64,000 nt of DNA, taken from contig CM082595.2 of the NCBI GenBank assembly GCA_040954595.2, positions 2,048,635 through 2,112,634 on the forward strand. The letters run 5' to 3'. Position numbers and translations under genes: made by a program. Positions within the stretch are counted from its first letter, which is position 1. Every line of letters starts with the position of its first letter. Under the pieces are notes generated by a model. It searched no databases, was not told where the DNA came from, and saw only the letters and a list, made by a program, of their open reading frames with translations. This DNA is from Balanoglossus misakiensis. Its lineage: Eukaryota > Animalia > Hemichordata. Below are positions 10,101 to 25,100 of this stretch, piece after piece.

Positions 10101-13100
10101 ACTTTGTTCCATTGAGATACTTTCTAGCATAGAAGCCCAATTCGCTGATCTGATCTTGTCCTAGTATGCAAGCTACTTCACCATTCTATGGGGCTGAACA
10201 AATGCCATTGAAAAGATATGATCCGAAAATCAACCACAACCAAGGTACAAAACCAAGTTGTCATCAAAACATTTCGATAAACAGCTTTGTAGACATTCAT
10301 GAGTATACACAAATGTAGCCAGTCAACCAGAACTTTCAAGGGGAAAAGTGTTGATGAAAAGTGGTGGTGTTAAAAACAAAACATTGACCTGACCTGAAAA
10401 GGTGATGGACAAGATACAATGGTTTAATATCAAGGTTGATGACGTTGTTGCATGCTTGCTTGCACAAGGTGGTATCAAGGCCTCACACCTACACAGTAAC
10501 CACCATTGAAAGTGTCTGTTTTGCCTGAGTAGCTACATGGAAGGCCATAATTCTTGTTTTGGGTCGACTTTTAAGATGCACACACTCTCACTTGCATCTT
10601 AAGTCAGGAATTACAGTCGGAATGTGAAAGATCAAGGCCGTCAAGGAGAAAGCAGTAAACACTCAAAAACACTTCACTCCTATTCAACTCCAACTCATAA
10701 GCCCGGACTCACTCTGACAATAAGGCCAATAAAAACACAAAACAGAACTATTGTTGGTGTCCAGAACATGCCGGTCTGTTAATCTAAACATTGTAAAAAC
10801 AGATGATCATTCTGACAAAAGATGATTGTTGCTTCCAAAGATTCCGTCTACAAAGGTGTACATGTACATTTTATCATCTCAAAACCAAACAACACTATAG
10901 CCCTGTGTCTGTCAGTCGGACCTAGAACGTTTTTCATATGTACAGTACATTGGGAGTTTAAATATTTTTTAAAATGCATATAACACCCCTGTACCTTGTG
11001 TTTATGAAGTCTGCTTATATTCATTCTTATGTAAGACACAAGAATGCTGTTTATTTTTGTTGAAAGAATGTCAATGATTTCATAACAGAATGATTTAGAC
11101 GTTCAAATGACATACCCTGAATGAAATACAATGTATCCTGAACACATGAAAATTTGTCAACAGAATAATCTTCAATCCACACAATTTCAAATGTCACTCT
11201 TAAAGTTCTGCACACTTTTCCTGTTTTACTCAATGAAAACTAAACCTATTGAATTATGGTACAAAGCAAGATCAAAAGGTGAAACTAAAACCTTTCAGAT
11301 TTTTTGGTTGATAAACAGGATGTCACGTTTTTAGTTCTCGTCATCAACACTGATGTTGAAATGTTGCCGTGAAATGCTAGGCTGCTGCAGGCTAAGTTTG
11401 TCTTGTGCCAAAGCCACGAATTACCCAACCACTTGAGGTATAACTTTATGGCCATTCAAGAAACCTCAAAGTGTGCCTTTATGAGGCTTTGTCATAAAGA
11501 TGTGTAACGCTGATGTCATTGTCTAAATGACTGACTCCAAACAGATAACACTTTACGAGAGAGTTTACGTCGACTATTCAGGCTAAACACACCTTGGGGA
11601 GAATTTTCATTGAACGGAAAATCCTCCAGGACCAAGGATATCTAATGACCGTCTTGTTTTCCAGAAAACCAACAATGACCAATTATCTCTTTGATTTTAC
11701 ACTGACCCTGGTGGCCAATTTTGAATTGCAAATATTATTGTAAATCGATAATCTTAAAAAAAGAAGAAAACCTTGCCTGTTATTCTCTTGATTACGTGAA
11801 AACTGAAGTAAAGAATTTGGGAACAAATTGTGATAGTGCGTATTTTCAGTGTTCTCTGACTGTTTGTAGAGTGATCATGGTTGACTGCATGGCGACACAC
11901 TGCTACCCAACCTCTGTTTATTTTTGCTGACAGTGGGGATGAACAGCATTTTATGATGTGTGTCCCTAATTTGTGACAAAACCACAAATAAACAAACAAA
12001 CTATCCTAGACTTCAATAAAAGCAAACTTTGCAGGCTGTATAATTACAGGATGGAAGTTTGTTTTCTTTGGCACTCATCTCAGATATGCTGTAACAATTC
12101 CAGTGTATGAAAACTCATGAAATTATTTTATGAGAGAGATTTAACACAAACAGAAAGATGTCGCATAGGCATGAGAATTGTAGTATGTGTGCTATAATTC
12201 CAGTTACATGGGGTTCACTTGGTTGACACACCCAACATAACCTTTTAATTCTCTGATAAATAGGCTACAGATATGGTCTGTGGTTTTGGCGGCACACTGC
12301 TTTGGTTCGTTGACAAGGCATGACTGTAGGTCATTCTTTGCTGTGTTGTTTTTGGGCATTGACTGATTTCGTTGAATGAACAGTTTGTGCTGGAGACCAT
12401 GTGGCATGTTGTTTTGTCCTGATAAAGATTTCGTGTTCACCAAACAGTCAAAGCATGACAGATTGTCGATGTCTCAATTACTAGTACTGTATACAAAGAG
12501 TAGAAATTTACATTTTTGATATCTTTTAAAAAGATGTGTCATCTGGTTAACATGGTAAAACGCTCACAGACAGAACAATCAGTTTGCACATTTGAAATTC
12601 AGACTCACTTTCCACTGTCAGTAGACTACAATTGTCTCTCACTTGGACAATTTTATGCACCATAGACTTGTTACAATACCTTGGCATAATTTCTACCAGT
12701 CTATCTTTGTTAATATATTGTTCTACTGAAACAAAGCCAATTGTTTTCCCATTTATGAGGCTTTGTTTTCAACATCTTACAAAGGGTATGTAAGCAACAT
12801 ACCTGCATAAATCGAATGTCAATTTTTTCAAACGGAAAATATTCAGAATAATGAAATCATAAAAAGGAAAGACAAAACCAAACTGACATGGCTATGGTTT
12901 CACAAGTGCAATTTAGACAGATGACACTAAACTGTTTTTCTGCTTTGTACACTCAGGCCAGTATTCATACCCAAACACAGTGAGATAATGCAATCAACCT
13001 TGAAGTGTGAATTGTTTATGAAAACCCTCCTATTGTGACAAATTGGCTAAGCTTGTTTTATTCATAAACTCAATTTGTAACAGACATATGCAATAGTCGT

Positions 13101-16100
13101 TGTCCTGTCTGGATAAAAAAATTAAACTGAACACTATTAAAGAAGTATACTTTTGAAACCACACGCGTCATTCAAATAGTACTCAAGTTGATTAGGTGAT
13201 AAGGTTGACATATTGAAGTAAACTGGGTCCTTCACTGGGATAATTTACTGAGCAATAAATCACCTTCAAATTACAGATTGATAGTACTATAAGTGTTCAT
13301 TTGTAATGGATTTCAATTGGTTTGGATTTAATGCAACAGATACTGCATTGAACTCAGCGTCCCTCTGAAGGAAAAATCAATGTTAATTTGGACACAAGTC
13401 AAATACTAGTAAGCTTTAAATGATGCTGCTGATTTGTGTTCAGCAATTGAAATTACATATTCTAAATCAATAAAACAATCTGCTGTTTTCCCATAATGAT
13501 ACGCATATTTGAGTTGTGGTCTCTGTATGTTTTTCTTTATACAAACACTAGTGTAACAGAAAATCTTGATAACCCAGCTACAACTAATTTGAAATGGATT
13601 CCTTTTGAATCACAATTTAACAGCGCACATGGCCTTTGTTTACACTGAGGATTTGACTATTTATAACTAATTAACCCTAAGTCAGTTGGCTTTAGTCTTG
13701 ATTTGAGATTACACAACATAAGTGTAATTTATCCGCCAAATAGTTTTTTCATTCACAGACCTGTCTCTCTGTCTGCACACATACAGTCAACACAATCCAC
13801 ATCCAACATACCTGTGTTGTTCCCGGTTTTACTGCACTCCGTAAGCTGTTCCTGGATTCTCCGTATAGCCTGGCCTTTCCTGGATTCCTGCATTTTCCCA
13901 CCTCGGACAGGCTTGCAATCCTGGAATACACAACGATATCTTATATGTATGCTGTTCCAGCTAGTGTCATTCCTAAACTGATTCCCCCTGATACAGCTTG
14001 TCTGTTATGTTTAATAAGGCGGTACGTTCTTAACAATGTGCGAAACCAACACACCAAGCGTTAAGTTGACTCCCTAGCTAATTGCAGATTATCAACCACC
14101 TGTATACACACAAGCACCTCCACGCCAACTCAAATTGTCCATGTATATGGAGTGACTCATTCACAGCTGATAAAAACATCGCTTAGAATCAAAACACTGG
14201 AATCAAATTAAAACTACACAATCAGAAACGTACCAAAATGATATCCATTCCAAGATAAGACTTCCCACAGTCAGCGACAAGTTATGATAAAAAGATCTCT
14301 TAGCTAAAACCAGACACAATACAGATTAACTTTCTCTGGTCTCGTTGATACCTTAGGACAATTGAAGTTCGAACTACTAGACTTGTCTATCTTGCGTCTC
14401 TATGTTAACCTGTTCAGGTCTCTGAGTTCCTGAAAATGTACTGAGACATACCCTTATATATAGAGAGTTTTAGACCATGAGCTAAACTCTCAAGGACATT
14501 ACAAGTACAAGGACAAAGTTCATCTATGACGAAAAATAACCACTCCCCAATCGCTCATCCAAATCAGCTCTTGTTGGTCTAGATTTATGAGCGGGTCCCA
14601 TATTCTATTTTGTTCCAAGTTCATGGATAATTCTCTCTAAATTAGACCTCTGTCTGTCTCTCTCTCTCTCTCCCACACACACGAACACACACACTTTTTC
14701 AATAGAGTGCTTATTTTCATCAGATGATCATTGGTGAAAACATGCTGGATTTCGAATCCCCTGTATTGACCGTGATCATGCAATACATGTATTTTAAATG
14801 TATATGTGTGTGTGTGATTTTGTTCTAGAATGTGCAACAGCTTTGCTACCCAGTAAAATGCAGTGGGATTTAAACCATAAATTAAAAGATGTTTCTGAAT
14901 ATCAGGTGAACAAAACAATAGATTAGCAAATTAAACAATCACCAATGTAAGTATGTGAAACCTTTCCTAGTCACAGTTAACCAATGCTGTGATTCCCGGA
15001 TGAAATAACCCCTGTGATTCCTGTAATATGAAATAATCCTATTATTTCAATGGGTGGAACATTCCATTAATAGTGGGGATAGGGAGGTGTGATCTTCAAC
15101 AGGGTGTGATACAAGTCATCTAGTCTAGAATCTTTTCTTTCTGATTTCTGAGTTGTATGAAGCATATAGTCCAGAAACTGGAAAGACTCTAGACTAGAAG
15201 TTGACGGATTTGTGGATTAGATTTGATCTGATTTGAGTGACTTACAACAATTTTTGTTGACTTATCTTTCTCATCCCCTGAATCAATCAAATCCATGTAA
15301 GCACAAGCATCCTCATCGGGATTGGGATTCTACAGAATGCCGGAAAGCAGTCACGGAATAACGCATGGAATTGGATGGGATAAGCAGGCAGGATTGGGAT
15401 TGGGATAGGTTCCATTGCAAAAGCAAAGACAGACATATTTATTAGCAACACAACGTGCAATGCTAGCAGCCTGTACACAAAACTACATCAATACACTAGA
15501 ACTATTTATAAATAATACATGAATTTTCATTACCTTTGACAACATTCTTGACTTGAATTAATTAATAAAAGATTTAAAATAAATTAATAAATAAACATAA
15601 TTCTTGACTGAAGAGCAAAGAAGAAATTAAACATACTGATTTAAAAAAAATATGACAGCAAACTTATAGATAAGAAACTTCATTCGACTGATGAACTTTT
15701 ATTCAAAACATATCACATGAACAAGTGGTACGTTGAACAGCACCCCCACACAGAAAACAACCACTGTCTTTCGTTTATACTCTTTGCTTCGGACTGGACT
15801 ACATGCAATTGTGAATTACTGTCGTTATAGCTCATTACAAAATTCTAACCATCATTTTTGCTTGGAGGGCTTGCTGGAGGTGTAAAGTAATTAGTAAAAC
15901 ATGCAAACTAAATTAAATGAAAATTGAGAAAATATATGCAACATACCTTTTTCTCGAATAATCTTTTGTTATTTGCAACGATATCCCGTTGCGTGATCAC
16001 TTCTCCATCTTGACTTCTGACGACTTTTTCGAGCAATGCCATGGTTTCTTCTGGTTCGACATACTCTCCGATCATATCCTCGTCAATGGAATCAATCTCT

Positions 16101-19100
16101 TTGATCAGAGTGCGAATCCACTGTGCCATCTCGTCCAAATCAAACACCTGATACAGAATGGTGACAAAAATAGCATCAAGGGCACTGTGCTCCTATTTGA
16201 GAGGAATTTGTAAGAGGAGTATATACACACAAATGTGGAGTGTAATTGGGTAAGCATAGGGCCAGCTTAGTTGATGAAGATGTTGTTAGTAGCAGCAGTC
16301 TCAGGTCTTGTATATGTCTTAAAGTAAAGACTGAAATGATGAAATCAATGTTTTTACCACAGGGAGTCAAAAGAGGCCAATAAAAGATGACAATATGGCG
16401 TTTTTCGTGTGCAGTGAACATAGCGTGTTCACTTGATTTGCAATGCTGTAAAAATAAAATATATAGATACCTCAGCCATTAAGACAGACTCCTGGCCCTG
16501 CATAAGTTGAAACAAATAACACTTGGCTTTCTTCTTGGCGTCCTGTACAGGTCGTATGTCGCACCCAAGTAAATGTAACTGGAATTCGTACTGTCCGCTG
16601 TTCAGTCTGTAGCATTTCATCGTGCCTTCTTGGACAGTACACCAGAATTTGTTCCATTTGCCATCACTAAGCTTACTGCTGTATATGTTTAGATACCCTG
16701 TAAACAAAGAGTTCAACCCTTATAATCGTCTGACTTTTATTCATGCCTATTGGAACCACATGTTGAAAGCACCTCCATAAACCAGACACCTCTGCAAACC
16801 GAACGGTTTCCTCAGTCCCTTTGGTGTTCAGTTAAGGCTGGTTTTACTGTATTCCATGATTCTGTCAATGCAGAGGTGTCCTAGGCGAAATAACATACCT
16901 GACATGACAGTCGAAGGTTCTAAAGTCCTTGGAATGTCTGATATTGGACTGGTTGGCGTCTTCTTCTTTCCTTTTTTGTCTCTTCTGGCAAACGCAAATA
17001 TTGACGATGCTGTTTGAGCCAGGCTGTCTGCTAAGTTCTTCTTGGCTACTCTGGGAGACATGTCTCCTATTTTCATCAGGAAAATTGCAAGAAATGAAAA
17101 TATGAAAGTGAACCTACTGGGAATGTGTTATCTGTCAGTTTTATATAAATTAAAGAAATTCATTCTACATGTAGTATTACCCGTAAAATAGTTCATTAAA
17201 TCCCTATAGTAGGGCAATAAAAATTGTCACCCAGTGTAGATACATTATCACAAGTGCCTCCAAACCTGAACAGACTAACAAAGTCCATACCTTTGGTAGG
17301 AGATGGTATTCTTTCCAAAGTATCCCCCTTTTTACTTCTAGTGCTGTCATCAAGACTGCTATCGGTGTCTGCGACTAGAGATTTCCTCTCTGTCACATCA
17401 CTGCTGGCACTGCTTGTACGCAATACCGGGGATCCAACACTTGATTTGTCTGCATTGACTTTACCCTCAGTTGCCTTGGCACACTCATTCAAAACCTGAA
17501 AGAAAAATATGAATTATATTTGCATTTTCACACAAAAAAGTTACAGTTAATGAAGCTTTTTAGTGTCTATATGTTTATGACAATCGGTGATCAATCACTG
17601 ATTGCAAACATTCGGAAGAGCAACCACAGTTTACGCAACTGGAATCCTCCTACAAAATCATTGTGATAGAAGTCGGAACCAAGATGTAACCACTTACATC
17701 TAACCACTTCTGAGCCTCTTCTCTCTTCCCGACAGCAAACATATGTTTCTCGATTCCCGGATGGAAAATCTTCAAGACGTGACTCCTCTTCCCTTCCTTT
17801 TGAGAGTACGACACCTCGAATCCAACCAGCGGAAAATCAATCACCACTTTTCCCTCTTCCTTAGCTAGCTTGATCGAATACGCTTGAAATCGCATGTTTC
17901 GTACAATGCAGAACCGTTTCGCCCACTGCGTTCCCATGAGCCTCTTCTGGTGGAGGATTCCGTAGTGTATGACTGATGGGTCGCCGATTTGCGATGCAAA
18001 TATTTCGTAAATTTTCTTCTTTTTTTCAAGTTTATCCGACTGGCTTGAGGATGTTGATTTGCCTGAGCTTTGTCTAGAGGGGCTGTAAAGAGAAAAGTTG
18101 ATGTGATAAAGTGCTGGTCATGTTTTTTTTATGAACCTAACTTTTGCAAGCGTCCAATTAACATTGTCGTCATCAAGTTATAAGGGCGCCACCTGGTGGC
18201 ACTCTTTGATGCATGGCAGTACATTAAAATGCATGACATGACAGAACAGAGCATGACATTACCCAGATGAACCTGTGTCGTCACACTCATCACTTTCATA
18301 GCCTTCATAGGATCCACTGGCATCAGAATCATAACCTGTAGAGGAGAAACAATTTAACAAACAGATTCAGTCAAACCTGTGTTAGTGGCCACCTTTGTAT
18401 AGTGGCCACCTCTATATAGTGGCCACTTTGTTACAGTCCCTGTGCAAGTTACATGACTGTCATACAAAGTGTCTGCAACACAAATAAGCAGCAACATAAA
18501 ATGTGTACCCTACTAGCTGTGTCATGCAAATGCAACTGCATCAGTTCATGAAATGGCTGCAATGCAGATTGCTGCAATATAAGATGATAACAAAATGGCT
18601 GTTTAAAAAACTGACTACAGAACACTTTAAGCTTAATACAAAACAAACAGAAAACAACACAAAACAAAAGTTAAACACATTACAAATGACAGTATACCTG
18701 CAGTAGAGCTGCGTAAAGATTCTGAAGGGTATGTGAACACATAATCTGAATCAACATATGAGGACGTGACGTCGGACACATCAAAATCATGCACGGATGG
18801 AAACGCATCTTTATCATGCATGGATGGAGGCATGGATGATGGTAATGGTGGAAGTGATGATGGCAATGGAAACACATCTACATCGTCATACATTAATGGA
18901 GAGGTTTCACTGATAGATGATGCTGACATGCACAACTGTTGATCAGATGACTGGACATCATAGCTTAACTCCTCCGTAGAAGTCCTACTACCTTCCTCTC
19001 TTCCAAGTGACATATCTGTATCCTCATACACGCAGTCATCTGGTGTTGCCATGGAAATGGGCAGGGTACTCTTCTTTTTATCGATCATTTCCATGGGAAC

Positions 19101-22100
19101 CGGCTCCTCGTAAAAGTTATCAGCAATGATAGCTCTGAAAATAGTTGATCAAAATAAAATAATGAAAATATGCACAATTTTAACATTGCGTTTTCACACT
19201 TAGTTCGACACTGTGATATCGCCTGTGGCCTTGAGTTTAGTGGTTTTACCAACATCTAAAATGAAGCAATGTCACTGAAAATAGTTTGCAAAACATGAAA
19301 TTCTCTGCAGAAGCCAACAGAGATATTGTACAGCGCCACCAGTGTGCAAATAAACTTTAGAGAGAACACTGCCAATCAGGTATTTTGCCTGAGGCTCCTT
19401 CTGACATCACTGCACAAAACAAATAAGATAAGGTACTGACGTCAGAAGTGTCTAGCCAACCACATTAGCCACGAGATCACTTTGTTCTGTGACTCGAGAT
19501 TACTGGCCTTAGGTCTCAAATTCAAGTTGAATAGGGTTTGGGTTTCAGTCTAACCCATCATTACACTATAAGCACTTTTCAAGAAGGCTTTAACAGAAAG
19601 TGAAGATGTTACATGTCATTTAATCTTACAGATCTGTATTCAGTAGTGTTTAACCCTTACAGTTACACCACCATCGTCTTGTCCAAACCCACTGTTTTCT
19701 ATGTTTCTGATTAAACGCTGTGTTGTGGTTTCAAACTATATTTGTGAGTGTAGAAAGTGGACCAGCTACGTGGGTAGGAACTTGTGAAAAAGGTGATCGT
19801 AATCTGAGGTTTTTTAATGGTGTTTAGACAGGGCTTGTCAGAGAGATGCAGAATCCTTCCTACAACATATGCTATGCTTGTGGAGGAAGTAGACTTCCAA
19901 TGAGCAATTGAATCTTTCATTCAGTCTGACATCCTGACTGACAAAAGTATTTGCACAGGTCATCCTTTCAGCTCTATAAATTTCTCAGAAATCAAGGAGG
20001 AAATGCATTATTTCTCAGTATTTTCCAATTTCTTATCTGATTTATGAGACATTTATAAAACCACAAGACAGTCACATGCAAATATTTGAAAAAGAGGAAG
20101 GACTAAATCAAGAAATTTTGTTGCTCTAAGACTAAAATTAATTAAAATTGGCCAAAAGGTCAAATAATATTTACACATGCTTGACTGTCCTTGTTATGGT
20201 ATATACCGCGACATAATGAATTCTGTTATGTAAGTTCTTGTTTTCAACTGCACTCATTTACCAAACAGAGGAAGTATCAAGCCATGAAAATCGGGAAACT
20301 TTGATGATGTAATGCCTCTCTCCAATTCATCAACTAGCAAATAATATTTACACAATGATTATTCCTTGTTTTGGATGTCACTACTTAAAAGTATCTCAAT
20401 TTGTTATTGATTGCTTTTATTAAATAAAATATACTGGTAGTCACTTGTAGTTGCTGTTATATTCTTATTTTTTCAGGGTCACTGGGTTGGGGATCATTCT
20501 TTTAAAATTATAATTCTGTTCTCCTGAATTAATTATTCAAAACTTAGATACAGTTAACTTCCTATTAGAGCCATGGTGAACTGTTGAAAGACTACAAGCC
20601 CTATAAAACCTTCCGAACATACTTCCTCAGTTTGACATGAATTTGTATGGGGTTTGTACGTGCCACTGTTTCGTGAGTCTGTGTGTGTTCTCTATGACTA
20701 CCGTAGTCCTATCCACTCAAATTTCTGTTAACTTAATTATGTCTTCGAAGAGATTAACCTCTGGCCTCTACAGTTAGATAACTGTCCTTGGACAAACACC
20801 ACCTTTACAGTGTGTTTATCCCCACCCCAATTCCCCTTTTGAGTTTTTCATCTGGACATGTTAGTCATTATAAGATGATGTTGTGTTTCAACTGAGATAG
20901 TAGAGGAATACAGGTTAATCACAGGTGTACTGGGGTAAAAAATTCACGTAAATTTGGTAGAGGGACAATCTTTCCTTGAAGAGTTTGACAGGCCGAATCG
21001 TGAATATGTTGTTGCACTGACTGCACGGTGTATGTTCCATGGCCACAAGATGATCACAAAGAGTGAAAAACGGTTGATTCCCATCTGCTACGAACACTAT
21101 GAACAAAACCTGTCTATTCTTCCTGTTTCTGACGTAAATGGTTGCCCTTCACCAAAGAATGCATAGAGGTGCGTCTACCTGACATGCTACTTTATATGGT
21201 GAAGGTTGTTCATGTACGTCTGAAGACGGTCAGAAAGAATAAACAGCTTTTGTTAGTAGCAGAATGGAATTTGTCACCTATTTTGCATTGTTTACAAGAA
21301 GCTTCCACTGCTAATTCCACAAGTAGAAGTCACATTGGAAGATAAATTTTAATTCACCCACTTGTTTTGATTTGGATCATCAGCATAGTCATACTTCAGT
21401 GTGTTATCGTAATGAACTCCATTCTGAATGATTCCACCTGGTTTGGAAACTGTAAAATGGAAATATATAATACAATTAAAGTCACAAAGAATTGCAGAAT
21501 GATTGACAAAAAAGCTAACATATTTTGTCTATAATCACCATGACAATAACATTATTTTGTGTGTAACATTTCACCTGGAGGTTCTGGTGGTGGCAGTGGA
21601 GGAAGAGAATCTCGTCTTGGATTCCGACATTCTGCGAGTCGATCAAACTCCGCCACGAAGTGTTTTCTCTTCTTCTCTGCATCGTCCGATAGTTTCTCAC
21701 TCGCAAGAACATTCTGGAAATATTCTACCAGTCCAGGGAGGAGATTCTCTAGAGCTGTACAAAGAAAATAGAAACAATACTAGTTGAGAAAAATAGAGCA
21801 TTTGACCTCAAATTCTCTCCCATCCCCTAAATGAAAATTCGGAAGTTTGAAAATCCATTAGAATTATGCTTTGAACTTTCACATACCGTCAACCCCAAGC
21901 CTATATTTGTTCTTGTTCTGTGATGCATTGGTGCCAGAAAGTACTTGTTATAGTGCCAATTGAAAGCAAAGTTCAGATAGTCATGCAGATTTGGGTTTTA
22001 ATTCACAGAAATAGTATAACCCCCATAGAGTGGGCGTTCTACATACACAGCATAGCACAGGTGCGTGTGTTTTGAATCGAACAGGTTTTTCCCTTTTTCT

Positions 22101-25100
22101 ATTTTGTCGGTAAGAACCTCAAAGAAAACACCCACCAGACACTTCACATTTGTAAAAGGCTTCTGAAATTCGGATAACCTGCCCTGTATTTTTTTTATTG
22201 GAAGGTATTCGCTATCACTTTGTTGTCAAAACAAAGTCTCCTTCCGTGAAAGAGCCATGAGGACCAAAACACCCCTTGAAGAAATACCAATGACAGATGA
22301 TAGATCTTGGGGTAATCTAAACCACACTTGACTTCCCAGGTATTTTGGGACCGGCTTAAACCAACCCCCAGAACAGCTTGATGCCAAACAGAAATATAGG
22401 CAATCAGCCAACCACATTAAGAAAATATGATATTTAAAATACAACTTCTTTTCTTCCGAAGTTTATTCTCAACACAACACTTACAACTCTCATAGATTTT
22501 GTAATCCACTAACGTGCCTGGCATTTTGACAAGGGTTTTAGTATCGCTACGATGTTTACACAAAAACCCAAAGTGTACAACACTTTAGTCAGTGAAACAG
22601 CAATATTAAAGGGTCATCTTGCACACCTGATAAACAGCGATAGTTTTCTTTGCAGGGTAGCATTGTTGATAGTCTTTATACAGAGCTATAGTTTTGCGCT
22701 GTACAAATATTTTTACAGCAGTAAACTCCTTCAATAGGAGTTCATATGACCTTAATGTTGTTTTCTATAGCGATCTCTAGTTGCCAACTGAAACATGTCA
22801 GACATTGAGTATACTACAATGATAAGCCTGAGATAAGACCTCGTTGATCTGAAATCATCATTTGTACTCTTTAAAGTCCCAATAGCTTGCCACGAAGTTT
22901 TAGCATATTTTTAATTGATAAACTACTTTAATCTTCTCCTTATCCTATTGTAATGCATAATTTGCATTCAAATAGTGGACTGCCTTCCCTTCCTTCCATA
23001 TTTCACGCGCACCGTATAAGTTGCCTTTAGTTTTCTCCCTTCTTTTTATCCAATTTACTGTCTTTTCCTGATCTCTGACACACACTATGGTCACCGCCAT
23101 CTTGTCTGTTGTTAGGACAGCACACTGTCTTATACTTATAGCATTGACTGTATACAATTTTTGTAACCAGGGTCTCTGGTTTGACATATGCGCATAAGGC
23201 GATCGTCATCCTCTAAGCAGAAATCATTTTATCGCTCTCTTAATATGCAACAGGTGTTTCACCAAGGTCTGTTGATCCCAGAAGTAGGGCTCTGATTATG
23301 ACTCCACACAAGGATGCAAATTCCTAATTTCCTTCCAGGCATCATTGCGTGGGAGATGTTTTTCCGGTCCCGGTGAGGCGATCAGCCAAACTTCTCTGAA
23401 AGTCTGCCAAAAATCAAGCTATCGTGAATGAGGTCACAGTAATAGAGAATTATTGGGTGTTTTAGTGCCTATAATTGATATCGGTATAGCAGGCAGTACA
23501 GGGGGTTAGTTCAACAAGATAAACGTTTTAAGTTGCCCGCCAACACTTGTTCATTGTATCTTTATGAATTCATCCACTGTCAGTCTTGAAATAATAATTA
23601 CTGCCTTAGAAAGTTTTCTTCAAAAATAATTAAGCAAGAGAGTCTTGCATGAATATTCAGTACTGCAGCTGCAACACAAAATATTTATTTTGGCAAGCCT
23701 AGGAAGATACAATTTTACATCGCATCAAACGTCAGAGATTTAATCCCTCCCTTCCACAGAAATTTGACTCTGCCCTTAAGGGAGCGACGATCATCTTATG
23801 CACATGCGCGTAATTTCGTACATACATCGTATAGGTAGACTTTAGTTTTGTCCCTTCTTTTCACCCAATTTGTTGTCTTTTTCCGATCTCCGACACGAAC
23901 TATGATTGCATATTGTTAGGACAGCACACTGCCTTATAGCATTGACTGTACTTTACAGGAGAAAGTCATGTTGCTAAATTGCCATGTTTTCATTCTTTGA
24001 ATTGCAAAGACCACTTGACAGGCATTTTGTACTGAAATGTTCAGAATTTTTCAGCCGTGATTGAGTTACGCCAACCAGAGAAATACAAGAGTCTCAGATA
24101 CCATTTCTCATGGGTATAAAGGGAAGCAATCAGGCAGATGCCTATTTACTTTTGCAGCCGTAACAACAAATACAATATTAATTTCACAACTGCATCTTGA
24201 GTTTCAAGTACGTTCTGCTCCTGGATATGCGTCCAGTTTCCAGGATTACCGTATTTCCAAATAGAGCAACCAAGACGATGTGGATAAGCTCTAACATTCT
24301 GAGTGACCTATCGTTGCAAAACTTTACGCATATATTAAACTTGTAGACTTTGCATTTTACGTTAAAGTTGGTTTAACTTTGCTCAGCAACTGGAAGTTCA
24401 AAGAAACATTGTGCTTTTTCAACAAATTTAGTTAACCCTGTATAAAACATTTTTCTTTAGTTTGACTGCAGCTGATAGCAAAATCATTCTTGCAACTTTG
24501 ATGAACTTGATGTAGGTTCTGCATAACAGTAACTGTCATGTACGGGTTGACAAAATTGATTCTTGTACAATGATCAATGTGGAGAAAAGATCACAGAAAA
24601 GCAACTGAGCTGAAAAACAGAGAAGCAAATTACCTTTGTATGTGAAGAGGCACTTTTCTTTCATGGTGATGAGGGAGGCGAAGAAAGTTTTGCAAAATAA
24701 TGAAGTTGACTACCCCAACATCATCACTCCTCACACTATTTATAGTAAGGATGACTCATTCTACTTGTCGTGCTTTGACTTTCCTCATCTCAACATATTT
24801 GCATCATTCATTTTTGCACACGTTTTTCCCCCTCCGTCAATCACCGTCACTGAATCAACTGGGACACATATCTGTGATGCTTTCCCCGATCATGCAGGAA
24901 CTCAAAACCAAACTCTGAATGACAAAATGCCAAGTTGGCCCTCCCCTCAGAAAGGTGTTGTCAGTTGAGTTATCAATAGACCGTGTTAAATTTTTCCCCC
25001 CTCTGCACGCCCAGATAGTTTCCTGTTGACATTTGCATCCATTGGCTATCACAGACTCACTCCTAAATAGGTATACCATGGCAGATCACACTTAACTGTG

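Noticed and set aside
8200-13700. Numerous 60-90 aa ORFs in AFAP1-like introns, and likewise across 41-54 kb
   Set aside because: No domain-like content or consistent splice phases; expected by chance.
20780-20830. SINE-core-like string CTGTCCTTGGACAA..C..TTTAC (similar at about 5284-5310)
   Set aside because: Too short and degenerate, with no recognisable A/B boxes.
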